The position numbers and the translations under genes are program-made. 64,000 nt of DNA from Thermoanaerobaculia bacterium. Its GTDB lineage: Bacteria; Acidobacteriota; Thermoanaerobaculia; UBA5066; Gp7-AA6. Shown piece after piece: positions 1-8,659 of this stretch. The stretch is taken from NCBI GenBank assembly GCA_036558325.1, contig DATBFU010000085.1, positions 4,763 through 68,762 of the forward strand, in the 5' to 3' direction. The notes under the pieces were generated by a model that was given only the letters and a program-made list of their open reading frames with translations, had not been told where the DNA came from and searched no databases. Position 1 is the first letter of the stretch; each line of letters opens with the position of its first letter.

Positions 1-807
1 CTCGCGGATCCGCGGCGGAGCGTCCTCTTCGGAAAGCGTCACGCGTCCGCCGTCGAGGGCGATCGTGCCCCGCTCGCCTTCGATGACCGCCGAATTGCCG
101 CGCGCGTCGGCCGCCCACGTCAGGAAGATCTCCGCCCGCGTGCCGTTCCAGTCGAGCCTTACCTCGGCGGTGTCTTCGAGCGGGTACTCGCGGTGCCTGC
201 GCGTCTCGAGGACCGCGGAGAGCGATCGCGGGCGCCCTCCCAGCCACTCGCGCAGCACGTATGCGGCATGCCATCCGTGGTCGAAGAGCACGCCGCCGCC
301 GGCCTGCGAGGGGTCGATCCTCCAGTTGCCCTTCTCTCCCGCCGCGACGGCCGGCTGCGTGCGGAGCGTCTCCCAGCGGCAGCGCCGGACGCGCCCGACG
401 GCGCCCTCGCGCAGCAGCCGCGTCACCTCGGCGACGGCCGGCGCGTGCTTCCAGTTGTGCACCGTCACCAGCGCCTTCCCCCGCTCCCGCGCGAGCGTTC
501 CGAGCTCCGCGACCCCCGACGGATCGAGGGCCAGCGGCTTTTCGCACAGCACGTGGAGCCCCCGTGCGAGCGCCGCCTTCGCGAGCGGAACGTGCAGGGA
601 CGGCGGCGCGCAGATGTCGGCGAAGTCGAGGTCGTCGCGGGCGAGAAGCTCCTCGGCGGACACGTACCAGGTCGCCTCGGGCCAGGCCTCGAGAAACGGC
701 GCGCGCCCGTCCGGCCTCCCGTCCGCCGCGCCGATGAACGCCACCTCGGGAACGCCGCCCCAGCCGGGCAGATGCCCGTGGCGCGCGACGAGGCCCACGC
801 CGATCAA
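1..807 (-). CDS. Gfo/Idh/MocA-family NAD(P)-dependent oxidoreductase (C-terminal end lies beyond the window; absent from ORF track)
   Basis: Hand translation of the reverse strand is open to position 1. It reads ..ALIGVGLVARHGHLPGW..DLDFADICAPPSLHVPLAKAALARGLHVLCEKPLALD..LVTVHNWKHAP..GGGVLFDHGWHAAY... This shows a Rossmann GxG N-terminus plus the EKP motif typical of the family. Third-position GC is high. The start is uncertain: TTG at 807 or GTG at 798, 41 nt downstream of the aminotransferase stop. Confidence 0.7.
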   Translation of the reverse strand, partial: MIGVGLVARHGHLPGWGGVPEVAFIGAADGRPDGRAPFLEAWPEATWYVSAEELLARDDLDFADICAPPSLHVPLAKAALARGLHVLCEKPLALDPSGVAELGTLARERGKALVTVHNWKHAPAVAEVTRLLREGAVGRVRRCRWETLRTQPAVAAGEKGNWRIDPSQAGGGVLFDHGWHAAYVLREWLGGRPRSLSAVLETRRHREYPLEDTAEVRLDWNGTRAEIFLTWAADARGNSAVIEGERGTIALDGGRVTLSEEDAPPRIRE

Positions 808-848
808 GGCTCCCCGAAGCGCCGCGGGCGCCGCCGAGGACGCGGGGC

Positions 849-2192
849 TCAGTCGAGCTTCCACTGCCTCGCGACGGTCCCGATCGCCTCGTCGAGGATC
901 TCGAGCCCGTCGAGCGCGGTCCGCTCGTCGATATTGAGCGGCGGGTTGATCCGGATGACCGGCGTGTAAGACATCGCGACGAGGCCGCGGCGAAGGCACT
1001 CCTGGAACAAGGCCTTCGTGAAATCCTTCGAGACGAGCGTCTTCGTGCGCCGGTCGGTCACGAGATCGAGCCCGAGCAGCAGTCCCTTGCCGCGTACGTC
1101 GCCGACGATCCGGTGCTTCTCCTGCATCGCCTGGAGCCTCGCGAGCATCGCGCCCCCGACGCGCGCGGAGTTCTCCACGAGGTTCTCGCCCGTGATGATT
1201 TCGAGCGACGCGAGTCCGGCGGCCGCCGCCAGGGGATTCCCGCCGTAAGACGAAGAGCTGCCCGATGGGTTCGACCACGGCTTCGCTTTCGTCAGCGCGT
1301 CGGTCGAGATCACGCCGGAGAGCGGGAAGCCGCTTCCGACGCCCTTGCCGACCGTCAGGACGTCGGGCACGACGCCGTCGTGGTCGACCCCCCACATCCG
1401 GCCGGTGCGGCCGAAGCCGGTGATCATCTCGTCGGCAATGAAGAGCGCGCCGGCTTCCTTCGCGATCTCGCGGATCGCCGAGAGGAATCCCGGCGGCGGA
1501 ATGACGTTGCCGGCGGTTCCCTGCATCGGCTCGACGATGATCGCGGCCACCGCGCCGCCCGTCTGGTTCTTGATGACGTCCCGCGTCTTCTCCGCGCACG
1601 CGATTCCGCAGTCGGGATACGTCAGCGAAAGCGGACAGCGATAACAGGAGGCGTACGGCGCCGAATAGCAGCCCGGCGCGAAGGGACCGAGGCCGTCCTT
1701 GAAGTCTCCCCAGAGGAGCGGCAGCACGCCACCGGTCTTGCCGTGGAACGCGCCGGAGTACCCGACGAACTCGAACTTCTTCGTCGCCGATTTCGCGAGG
1801 CGGAACGCCGCCTCGACCGCTTCCGCGCCGCTCGAGAAGAGCTGGATCCGCGTCAGCCCGGGCGGCGTCACCGAGCCGAGGAGCTCGAGGAACCGGGCGC
1901 GCGTCTCGGTCGTGAAGCTGCCGAAGGTCAGCCGTTCGGCTTGCGTCTTCAACGCCTCGACGTACCGCGGATGACAGTGGCCCACGGCGCCCACCGCGAT
2001 GCCGGCGATGAAATCGATGTACTCGCCGCCGTCCTCGTCGTAGAGCCGGCTCCCCTGCCCGCGCGCCATGGCGAGGCCGGAGTAGAGGGCGAAGGACTGA
2101 AGGCCGGGCGCCATGTGGCGCGCCTCGAGATCCACGACGCGCTTCGAACGCGGGCCGACTTCGTTGCGTTTGCCTTTGACGACCTCGGTCAT
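849..2192 (-). CDS. Class-III (omega) PLP-dependent aminotransferase; HpnO-like candidate
   Basis: This is the real part of ORF 849..2456. The start is reset to the ATG at 2192 (MTEVVKGKRNE..), preceded by GAGAGGTGGGAG and overlapping the upstream stop as ATGA. Family motifs are present: DFIAGIAVGAVGHCHP, IVEPMQGTAGNV, ADEMITGFGRTG, and the PLP-lysine context DVLTVGKGVGSGFPLSG. Confidence 0.9.
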   Translation of the reverse strand: MTEVVKGKRNEVGPRSKRVVDLEARHMAPGLQSFALYSGLAMARGQGSRLYDEDGGEYIDFIAGIAVGAVGHCHPRYVEALKTQAERLTFGSFTTETRARFLELLGSVTPPGLTRIQLFSSGAEAVEAAFRLAKSATKKFEFVGYSGAFHGKTGGVLPLLWGDFKDGLGPFAPGCYSAPYASCYRCPLSLTYPDCGIACAEKTRDVIKNQTGGAVAAIIVEPMQGTAGNVIPPPGFLSAIREIAKEAGALFIADEMITGFGRTGRMWGVDHDGVVPDVLTVGKGVGSGFPLSGVISTDALTKAKPWSNPSGSSSSYGGNPLAAAAGLASLEIITGENLVENSARVGGAMLARLQAMQEKHRIVGDVRGKGLLLGLDLVTDRRTKTLVSKDFTKALFQECLRRGLVAMSYTPVIRINPPLNIDERTALDGLEILDEAIGTVARQWKLD

Positions 2193-3064
2193 CGGGAAAC
2201 TCCCACCTCTCTCACCTCTCTGCGGAATCGCACGGCGAGCGCCTCGGCGATCCGCGGGGCCGCGACGTCGCGGTAGAGCGCGAAGCTCGGCCAGGCGTTC
2301 AGGTCGATGAGCACGAGCCGGTTGTCCGGTCCGGCGATGGCGTCGCCGCCGAAGACCTCGAGGCCGAGCGCCGCGGCGGCGCGGCCCACGAGCGCGCGCA
2401 GAGCGTCGCGGTCGAAGCGGTGGTTCTCGAGCTTCTGGTCGCGATGGTAGAACCACTCGAACCAGGAAAGTTCCACGTCGTTCTCCCCCGCCACACCATA
2501 GAACTTGATGAGATCTCCGGGCGCGTGCTCCTGGAGCACGGCGCGTGAGATGCCGCGCGCCGCCAGGCGTCCGAGACGCGCCGAGAGCTCATCCGGCCCG
2601 TCCGCGCGCGAGACGTCTCCGGCCTGCGTCGCGTGGACGTCGCCTCGCTTGATCCAGATCGGGAATGCGGGAACGTCGGGTGTGTCGGCGCGCGCGGTCT
2701 CGACGAGAACGCTCCGCGGGAAGGAGATCCCGTGACGCGCAAAGCGCTCGATCGTACGTTCGCGGTCGGTGTTTCGGATCGCATCCGGCCGGTTCACGAT
2801 ACGGACGCCCCGACGCTGCCACGCGGCCAGACGCTCCACGACCCCGGACCGTTCACACATCACGAAGAGGAAGGGCGGGACGGAGGCGGCCTCGGCGTCG
2901 TCCGGCCGCTCCGGCAGCTCTTCCGCCGACCTCAGCGCGACGTCAAATCCGCGGTCCTCGAGCGCCGCGGCCGTGGCGCGGAGGATGAGCGCGTCGTCGG
3001 TCTCGCGGCCCGGCGAGTGCGCGAGCTCGCGATAGACGCCCCAGCAACGCGGCCGAACGCTCAC
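2189..3064 (-). CDS. ATP-grasp fold enzyme (ligase or kinase type not resolvable)
   Basis: This is the C-terminal 292 codons of ORF 2189..3595. The start is reset to the GTG at 3064, which overlaps the upstream stop as GTGA. The sequence is ATP-grasp-like: ..RGVRIVNRPDAIRNTDRERT..FPIWIKRGDVHATQAGDV..AVLQEHAPGDLIKFYGVAG..LVLIDLNAWPSFALY... The upstream part of the track ORF is an Arg/Gly-rich shadow. Confidence 0.7.
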   Translation of the reverse strand: MSVRPRCWGVYRELAHSPGRETDDALILRATAAALEDRGFDVALRSAEELPERPDDAEAASVPPFLFVMCERSGVVERLAAWQRRGVRIVNRPDAIRNTDRERTIERFARHGISFPRSVLVETARADTPDVPAFPIWIKRGDVHATQAGDVSRADGPDELSARLGRLAARGISRAVLQEHAPGDLIKFYGVAGENDVELSWFEWFYHRDQKLENHRFDRDALRALVGRAAAALGLEVFGGDAIAGPDNRLVLIDLNAWPSFALYRDVAAPRIAEALAVRFRREVREVGVSR

Positions 3065-3777
3065 GCCGCGCCTCCCGCCGCGATGGGCGCCGCGCCGGCG
3101 AGAAGCGACTCCGCCAGGCGCACGTCCTCGGGGCGATCCACGTCCACGGCCTTCCCGATCGAGACCGCGCGCATCGGCTCTCCTTTCTCGCAGAGCCAGG
3201 CGAGATACTCGCGGAGCCGCGCGAGCGATCGGGGCGGCGTCTTCGCCCGCGCCCGCTGCGGCACGGCGTAGATGCCCGCGGTCACGGCGTTCCCCGCCGC
3301 GCCCCCGACGCGGCGAATTCGTCCCGCAGGGTCGCTCTCGACCCAGAGCGGCTTCTCGTCGGCGACGAGCGGCGTCACCGCGAGGACCGTCTCGTCTTCC
3401 GGCGCCGACGCCGCCGCGCGCGCGAACCCCGTGAAATCCTCCGGCGTGCAGACGGTGTCCACAGTGGCCACGAGCAGACGTCCGGGCGGCGAGATCCGGA
3501 CGATCGTCTCGAAGCTCTCGAGAGAATGCGGCGTCGAGCGCAGCACGATCGTGCGGACGAGGTCCGGGAAACGCGCGCGCGCGAAGGCCGCGCAATCCTC
3601 CTCGTTCTCGTTGAAGATAATCGCCACGCGCTCGATCCCCGCCGCCGCGAAGTTCGACAGGATGCGGGCGAGAAGCGGCACGCCGGCCACCTCGACGAGC
3701 GGCTTGGGACGGCCGAAGGACGCGAGACGCGAGCCCTCGCCGGCGGCGAGGAGTCCTCCCGCGGCGAAAGACGTCAC
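3061..3777 (-). CDS. Nucleotidyltransferase (sugar-/alcohol-phosphate NTP-transferase fold)
   Basis: The N-terminal GxGxR signature is present: LLAAGEGSRLASFGRPKPLVEVAGVPLL. The protein is 238 aa. Its GTG start at 3777 overlaps the HAD stop as GTGA. Confidence 0.8.
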   Translation of the reverse strand: MTSFAAGGLLAAGEGSRLASFGRPKPLVEVAGVPLLARILSNFAAAGIERVAIIFNENEEDCAAFARARFPDLVRTIVLRSTPHSLESFETIVRISPPGRLLVATVDTVCTPEDFTGFARAAASAPEDETVLAVTPLVADEKPLWVESDPAGRIRRVGGAAGNAVTAGIYAVPQRARAKTPPRSLARLREYLAWLCEKGEPMRAVSIGKAVDVDRPEDVRLAESLLAGAAPIAAGGAA

Positions 3778-4451
3778 GCGAGCACCCCGGAGAGCTCCGT
3801 CAGCCGCCCGATGACCGGATCGCCCGGACAGCAGGCTCCGGCCTCCGAGGGCTCCGCGCGCACCCAGACGTGGCGCATGCCGATCGCCCGCGCCCCGGCC
3901 ATGTCTCGCGGCAGAGAGTCGCCGACGAAAACAGCGCGGCGCGGCGGGACGCCGAGGGCGGCGAGCGCCGCGTCGAAGATTCGCCGGTCCGGCTTCTCGG
4001 CGCGCACGACGGCCGAGTCGATGGCCGCGTCCACGTGCGGCGCGAGGCCCGTTTCGCGGCAGACCGTCTCGAGGTTTCCGTAGAAGTTCGAGACGACCGC
4101 GACGCGGAATCGCGCGTGGAGGTCTTCGAGCACCGCCGCGTTGCGCGACAGATGGGCGCGGGCCTCCTCGAGGAAATCCGCGGCCACGCCGGCCGCGGCG
4201 TCCGCCCGCCCGAGGCGGTCGGCGACGCCGGCGGAGAGCTTCCGGACCGTCTCGTCGAAGGAAAGGTCGCGGGGGATCGTTCCCACGAGCGCGTCGTCCG
4301 CGTCGTAGAAGGCGCGGTCGAACCGCTCGGAAGGAACGGCGTCCCCTCCGAAGAGCCGCCGGAAACGCTCCTTCCAGGCAACACCGTCGCTGTCGAGCGT
4401 TCCCCCGAAGTCGAGGAGCACGGCGCGCACCGGAGCGGATGCCGCCGTCAC
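3774..4451 (-). CDS. HAD-superfamily hydrolase (phosphatase-like, subfamily IA-like)
   Basis: This is the C-terminal part of ORF 3774..5387. The start is reset to the GTG at 4451 (GTGA overlap with the upstream stop). HAD motif I is the variant VLLDFGGTLD, in which the second Asp is replaced by Gly. Motif II-like is VAVVSNF. The motif IV region is VFVGDSLPRD. Confidence 0.8.
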   Translation of the reverse strand: MTAASAPVRAVLLDFGGTLDSDGVAWKERFRRLFGGDAVPSERFDRAFYDADDALVGTIPRDLSFDETVRKLSAGVADRLGRADAAAGVAADFLEEARAHLSRNAAVLEDLHARFRVAVVSNFYGNLETVCRETGLAPHVDAAIDSAVVRAEKPDRRIFDAALAALGVPPRRAVFVGDSLPRDMAGARAIGMRHVWVRAEPSEAGACCPGDPVIGRLTELSGVLA

Positions 4452-5500
4452 GGCCTCGCCTCCCCGCGGGCGAGCTTCGCGAGGGGCGCGTCGGCGCGAT
4501 GAGGACGCAGCGTCCGCGCGAAGATCACGAGGAGGCCCGGGAGCGCCCACGCGATCTCGCGGGCCCGCCGCACGAGGCCGTAGGCCACGCCCTGCGCCGG
4601 CGAAAGGCCGAGGAGCACGCAGATCCCGGCGCGCGCGCCCTCGGCACCGCCGATGCGGCCCGGCAGAAACAGCAGCATCGTGACCGCGACGTTGGTCAGC
4701 GCTTCGATGCCGAGCGCCCGGGCCCAGCCGCCGCCCGGCGCGAGGCGGTGGAGCACGATTCCGGTTTCCACCGCGCCGCCGCACCATCCGAGGAAGCACA
4801 GCGCGATGCCCGCGGCGAACGCTCCGCGGCGCTCGTCGTGGAAACGGCGGATGCTCGTGTCCACGGCGCGCGCCTGCTCCCGGTGCCGCAGGAGCCGGGA
4901 GAAGATCCGGAAGCGCGAGAGCCAGGCCACCGCGCCGCCGTACGTCCCCCGCCGAAGCGCCCACGAGAGCCCGCCGAGCATCGCGCCGAGCAGCCCGACG
5001 CCCGCGAGCGCTCCGGCCCGCGCGGCGGACGACATCGGAAAGCGCGCGAGCGCCACGCCGACGCCGGCAAGCACGAAGGCGACCTGGGCGATGAGGTCCA
5101 CCTGCTTGTGGAGCGTGACCGACGCGAGCGCCGGACCGGCGCCGAGGCTGTCCGACAGGAAGCGCACCTTCAGCGGCTCGCCCGCCACGCCTCCGGGCGA
5201 CACGTAGTTCGCGGCGTCGCCGGCCAGGTAGACGCCGAAGAGTCCGGGCAGCCTCGACGCGGCCGGCCGCGGGTCCATCACGACCCACCAACCGAGAAAG
5301 AACGCGACCTGCGCGAGACCGTAAAGAGCGACGACCACGAAGAAGAGCGCGCCGATATTGCGGAGGTTCTCCTCGATGGCGCTCCACCCCACCGTGCGGA
5401 AGAGCCAGACGAGGAGGGCGACGCCGGCGGCGGCGAGGGCGAGCCGCAGCGCACTCCGGCCCGGCTGGCGGGCCGGCCTCGGGAGGCCACCGGGTTCCAT
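4448..5500 (-). CDS. Flippase-like integral membrane protein of the lysyl-PG-synthase TM-region / UPF0104 family; HpnL-like candidate
   Basis: The start is reset to the ATG at 5500 (MEPGGLPRPARQ..). The 350-aa protein has about 8 hydrophobic segments (LALAAAGVALLVWLF, ALFFVVVALYGLAQVAFFLGWWV, and others). It has the GD..NY..PGG.GE loop (LAGDAANYVSPGGVAGEPLK) that I associate with this family. The HpnL assignment rests on family membership plus hopanoid-locus context only. Confidence 0.7.
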   Translation of the reverse strand: MEPGGLPRPARQPGRSALRLALAAAGVALLVWLFRTVGWSAIEENLRNIGALFFVVVALYGLAQVAFFLGWWVVMDPRPAASRLPGLFGVYLAGDAANYVSPGGVAGEPLKVRFLSDSLGAGPALASVTLHKQVDLIAQVAFVLAGVGVALARFPMSSAARAGALAGVGLLGAMLGGLSWALRRGTYGGAVAWLSRFRIFSRLLRHREQARAVDTSIRRFHDERRGAFAAGIALCFLGWCGGAVETGIVLHRLAPGGGWARALGIEALTNVAVTMLLFLPGRIGGAEGARAGICVLLGLSPAQGVAYGLVRRAREIAWALPGLLVIFARTLRPHRADAPLAKLARGEARP

Positions 5501-5535
5501 GCGATTCTGCGGCGGGGTCTCGGAGGGCGCTCGGG

Positions 5536-6522
5536 TCAAACCGCTTCCCGCGGAGCGGGCTTCAACAGCGCCTTCAGCTCCTGCGGCAGCGAGAAGCTCA
5601 CGTTCTCCTTGACGGTCTCGAACTCTTCGACCTTCGAGACGCCGAGTCTTTCCCGGGCGTAGCGCACGACCTCCTGGACGAGGATCTCGGGCGCGGACGC
5701 GCTCGCCGTGAGTCCCAGGACGCGCACGCCATCGAGCCACTCCGGCCGGATGTCCTCCGCGCGCTCGATCAGATGCGAGGCCACGCCCTGGTCGCGGGCG
5801 ACCTCACAGAGACGGAGGGAATTCGAGCTGTTCGGCGCGCCGAGGACGAGGAGCAGATCGACGAACGGCGCCATCGCCTTCACCGCGTCCTGCCGGTTCT
5901 GGGTCGCATAGCAGATGTCGTCCTTCGCCGGGCGCGCGAGCCTGGGGAACCGCCGCTTCAGAACCTCGACGATGTCGCGGGTATCGTCGAGCGAGAGCGT
6001 CGTCTGCGTCAGATACGCCACCCGCTCCGGGTCCGGCACCTGGACGGCCTCGGCCTCTTCCTTGCTGCCGACGAGTCGGATCGAATTCGGCGCCTCGCCG
6101 AGCGTCCCGATCGTTTCGTCGTGGTCCTCGTGCCCGATGAGGATGATCGTGTAACCGCTGCGGGCGTACTGGATCGCCTCGAGGTGGACCTTGGTCACCA
6201 GCGGGCAGGTCGCGTCGATCGTGCGCAGCCTCTTTCGCCGCGCGTTCTCGCGCACCGACGGCGCGATGCCGTGCGCCGAATAGACCAGCCAGGCGCCGTC
6301 CGGCACGTCGTCCACTTCCTCGACGAAGCGGGCGCCCTTGCTGCGGAGCTCGTCCACGACATAGCGGTTGTGGATGATCTCCTTGCGGACGTAGACCGGG
6401 CCCTCGCAGACGTCGAGCGCCTTCTCGACGACGTCGATCGCCCGCACCACACCCGCGCAGAAACCTCGCAGGCCGGCGACGAGGAGCTTCTCGATCCGCG
6501 GCGCGGGAGAAGACGCGCTCAC
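5536..6522 (-). CDS. ispH: 4-hydroxy-3-methylbut-2-enyl diphosphate reductase
   Basis: This is the C-terminal 328 aa of the 948-aa track ORF. The GTG start at 6522 overlaps the dxs stop as GTGA. The three cluster cysteines sit in the expected contexts: GFCAGV, ATCPLVTKVH and DICYATQNRQ. Confidence 0.9.
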   Translation of the reverse strand: MSASSPAPRIEKLLVAGLRGFCAGVVRAIDVVEKALDVCEGPVYVRKEIIHNRYVVDELRSKGARFVEEVDDVPDGAWLVYSAHGIAPSVRENARRKRLRTIDATCPLVTKVHLEAIQYARSGYTIILIGHEDHDETIGTLGEAPNSIRLVGSKEEAEAVQVPDPERVAYLTQTTLSLDDTRDIVEVLKRRFPRLARPAKDDICYATQNRQDAVKAMAPFVDLLLVLGAPNSSNSLRLCEVARDQGVASHLIERAEDIRPEWLDGVRVLGLTASASAPEILVQEVVRYARERLGVSKVEEFETVKENVSFSLPQELKALLKPAPREAV

Positions 6523-8462
6523 CAGGTCACCGTCTCCGCGACGATCGCACGCGGCCCTCCCGCGCGGCCCGGGCGCGCGCCCGTGCGGTCGGCGAGGTCC
6601 GGGTACAGCGCGAGGGCCGTCTCGACGACGCCCGCGGGATCGAGCTTGAAGTTGGCGCGCTGCATGGGCGCGGGGCTGTGCTCGACGAACTGATCGGGAA
6701 TCCCGTGCACGCGCAGCCCCTCGGCGTTCCAGCCGGCGCGGTGGAAGGCCTCGAGGACGGCGCTGCCGAAGCCGCCGAGCGCCAGATGTTCCTCGAGCGT
6801 GAGGACGCGCGGCGCGGACTCGTGCACCGCGCGAAGGAGCTCGAGGTCGAGCGGCTTGGCGAAGCGGGCGTTGGCGACTCCGGCGTCGATGCCGTGCTCG
6901 GCGAGCATCGCCGCGGCCTCCTCGGCCACCGGCACCATCGATCCGTAGGCGACGAAGAAGAGGTCGCGCCCCGGCCGCCGGATCTCCCCTTTGCCGATCG
7001 GAATGGCGGCGACCTTTTCGTCGAGCGGCACGCCGAGGCCGGCCCCGCGCGGGTACCGGACCGTGAACGGCTTGCCCGACTCCAGCGCGGTGTAGATCAG
7101 GTGCTGCAGCTCGTTCTCGTCGCGCCCCGCGGCGACCGTCATGTTGGGGATGCCGCGCGTGTAGGCGATGTCGTAGATGCCCTGATGCGTCTTCCCGTCG
7201 TCGCCGACGAGCCCCGCGCGATCCACACAGACCGTGACCGGAAGGTTCTGCAGGCAGACGTCGTGGATGAGCTGGTCGTAGGAGCGCTGCAGGAAGGTCG
7301 AATAGATCGCGACGACGGGCTTCCAGCCCTCCTTGGCCATGCCGGCCGCCATGATCACGGCGTGCTCTTCGGCGATGCCGACGTCGTACACGCGGTCCGG
7401 GAACTTCTTCTTGACCTCGATCAGAGCCGTCCCCTCGAGCATCGCCGCGCTGATGGCGACGATCTTCTCGTCCTTCTCCATCAGGCCGATGAGCGTCCGG
7501 GCGAAGACCTGCGAGTACGTAAAGCGCGGCGCCGAGCCCGGGGCGCCGGTCGGCGTGCCGGGCTGATGGAACTTGCACGGGTTCTCCTCGGCCATCGGAT
7601 ACCCGCGCCCCTTGTGGGTCAGCGCGTGGATGACGACCGGGGTGCCGTCGGCGGAGACGTCCTTCGCGCGGGCGAGCGCGTCCTCGAGCTCGACGAAATT
7701 GTGGCCGTCCACGGGCCCGACGTAGTGGAAACCGAGCTCGTCCCACACGAGGTTCGGAAGGAAGAGCCCTTCCACGGAGCTCTTGAGCTTCCGCGCCAGC
7801 TCCCAGGCCTTGTCGCCGTGAGGCAGGCGTTTGACGAACTTGTGGCCCTTCTCGATGAACTTCCCGTAGGCCGGATGCAGCTCGAAACGGTTGCGCCAGT
7901 GCACCATCCAGCCGACGTTTTCGGAGATCGACCAGCCGTTGTCGTTCAGGACCACGATCAGCCGCTTGGGCTTCACGTGAACGATGTTGTTCAGCGCTTC
8001 GTAGCTCGGACCGGAGGTCAGCGCGCCGTCGCCGACGATCACGACGACGTACGGATCCTCCGCGGCCTTCTGGAGCGCCATCGAGACGCCGAGCCCGTAG
8101 GACAGGCCCGTTCCGGCGTGGCCCGCCGCGAGCGTGTCGTGCGCGCTCTCGGTCGGCTCGGCGAAGCCGGAGAGCCCGCCCGGAGTCCGGATCGAGGCGA
8201 ACTTCGCGCGGCGTCCCGTGACGAGCTTGTGGGTGTAGCACTGGTTCGACGTGTCCCACACCAGGCGGTCCTTCGGGCTGTCGAAGGCGCGGTGGAGGGC
8301 CAGGGTCAGCTCGACGACGCCAAGATTCGAAGCCAGGTGGCCCCCGGTCTTCGTGATCGTCTCGATGATCGTGTCCCGACACTCCTGCGCCAGGACCTCG
8401 AGTTGCTTATGGCTGAGCGGCTTCAGGTCGCGGGGACCGTCGATGCGGTTCAAAACTTTCAT
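6519..8462 (-). CDS. dxs: 1-deoxy-D-xylulose-5-phosphate synthase
   Basis: The 647-aa protein starts MKVLNRIDGPRDLKPLS..GGHLASNLGVVELTLALH. It carries the TPP motif IVGDGALTSG..LNDN and a transketolase-like C-terminal domain. Confidence 0.95.
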   Translation of the reverse strand: MKVLNRIDGPRDLKPLSHKQLEVLAQECRDTIIETITKTGGHLASNLGVVELTLALHRAFDSPKDRLVWDTSNQCYTHKLVTGRRAKFASIRTPGGLSGFAEPTESAHDTLAAGHAGTGLSYGLGVSMALQKAAEDPYVVVIVGDGALTSGPSYEALNNIVHVKPKRLIVVLNDNGWSISENVGWMVHWRNRFELHPAYGKFIEKGHKFVKRLPHGDKAWELARKLKSSVEGLFLPNLVWDELGFHYVGPVDGHNFVELEDALARAKDVSADGTPVVIHALTHKGRGYPMAEENPCKFHQPGTPTGAPGSAPRFTYSQVFARTLIGLMEKDEKIVAISAAMLEGTALIEVKKKFPDRVYDVGIAEEHAVIMAAGMAKEGWKPVVAIYSTFLQRSYDQLIHDVCLQNLPVTVCVDRAGLVGDDGKTHQGIYDIAYTRGIPNMTVAAGRDENELQHLIYTALESGKPFTVRYPRGAGLGVPLDEKVAAIPIGKGEIRRPGRDLFFVAYGSMVPVAEEAAAMLAEHGIDAGVANARFAKPLDLELLRAVHESAPRVLTLEEHLALGGFGSAVLEAFHRAGWNAEGLRVHGIPDQFVEHSPAPMQRANFKLDPAGVVETALALYPDLADRTGARPGRAGGPRAIVAETVTW

Positions 8463-8659
8463 GGCATCGCCTTCTGCACCCCACCCTCGAAACGCCGGGC
8501 GGCTGGCGCCGGCCCGTTCCTCGGCTGTAAAAGAAGGCAGTATATCAGGCCGAATCTCGTTCTCATGATAGGGTTTACGGTCGCGAGCCTCGCTCGCGCC
8601 GGCGCGGAGGCGTTTCGAGAACGCGGCCGCGCCTCACGAAATAAGGAGATGGAAGCCGC

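Noticed and set aside
5536-8382. Very long N-terminal extensions in the track: ispH as 948 aa, hpnH as 962 aa (25473..28361), the sulfatase-like gene as 1080 aa (36622..39864), the GT-C-like gene as 1017 aa (39554..42607), and the FdnH fusion as 991 aa (19841..22816).
   Set aside because: The extensions overlap the upstream, well-supported genes in another frame and are Arg-rich shadow sequence. In each case a start codon overlapping the upstream stop (GTGA/ATGA/TTGA), or one preceded by an SD, gives a product of family-typical length.
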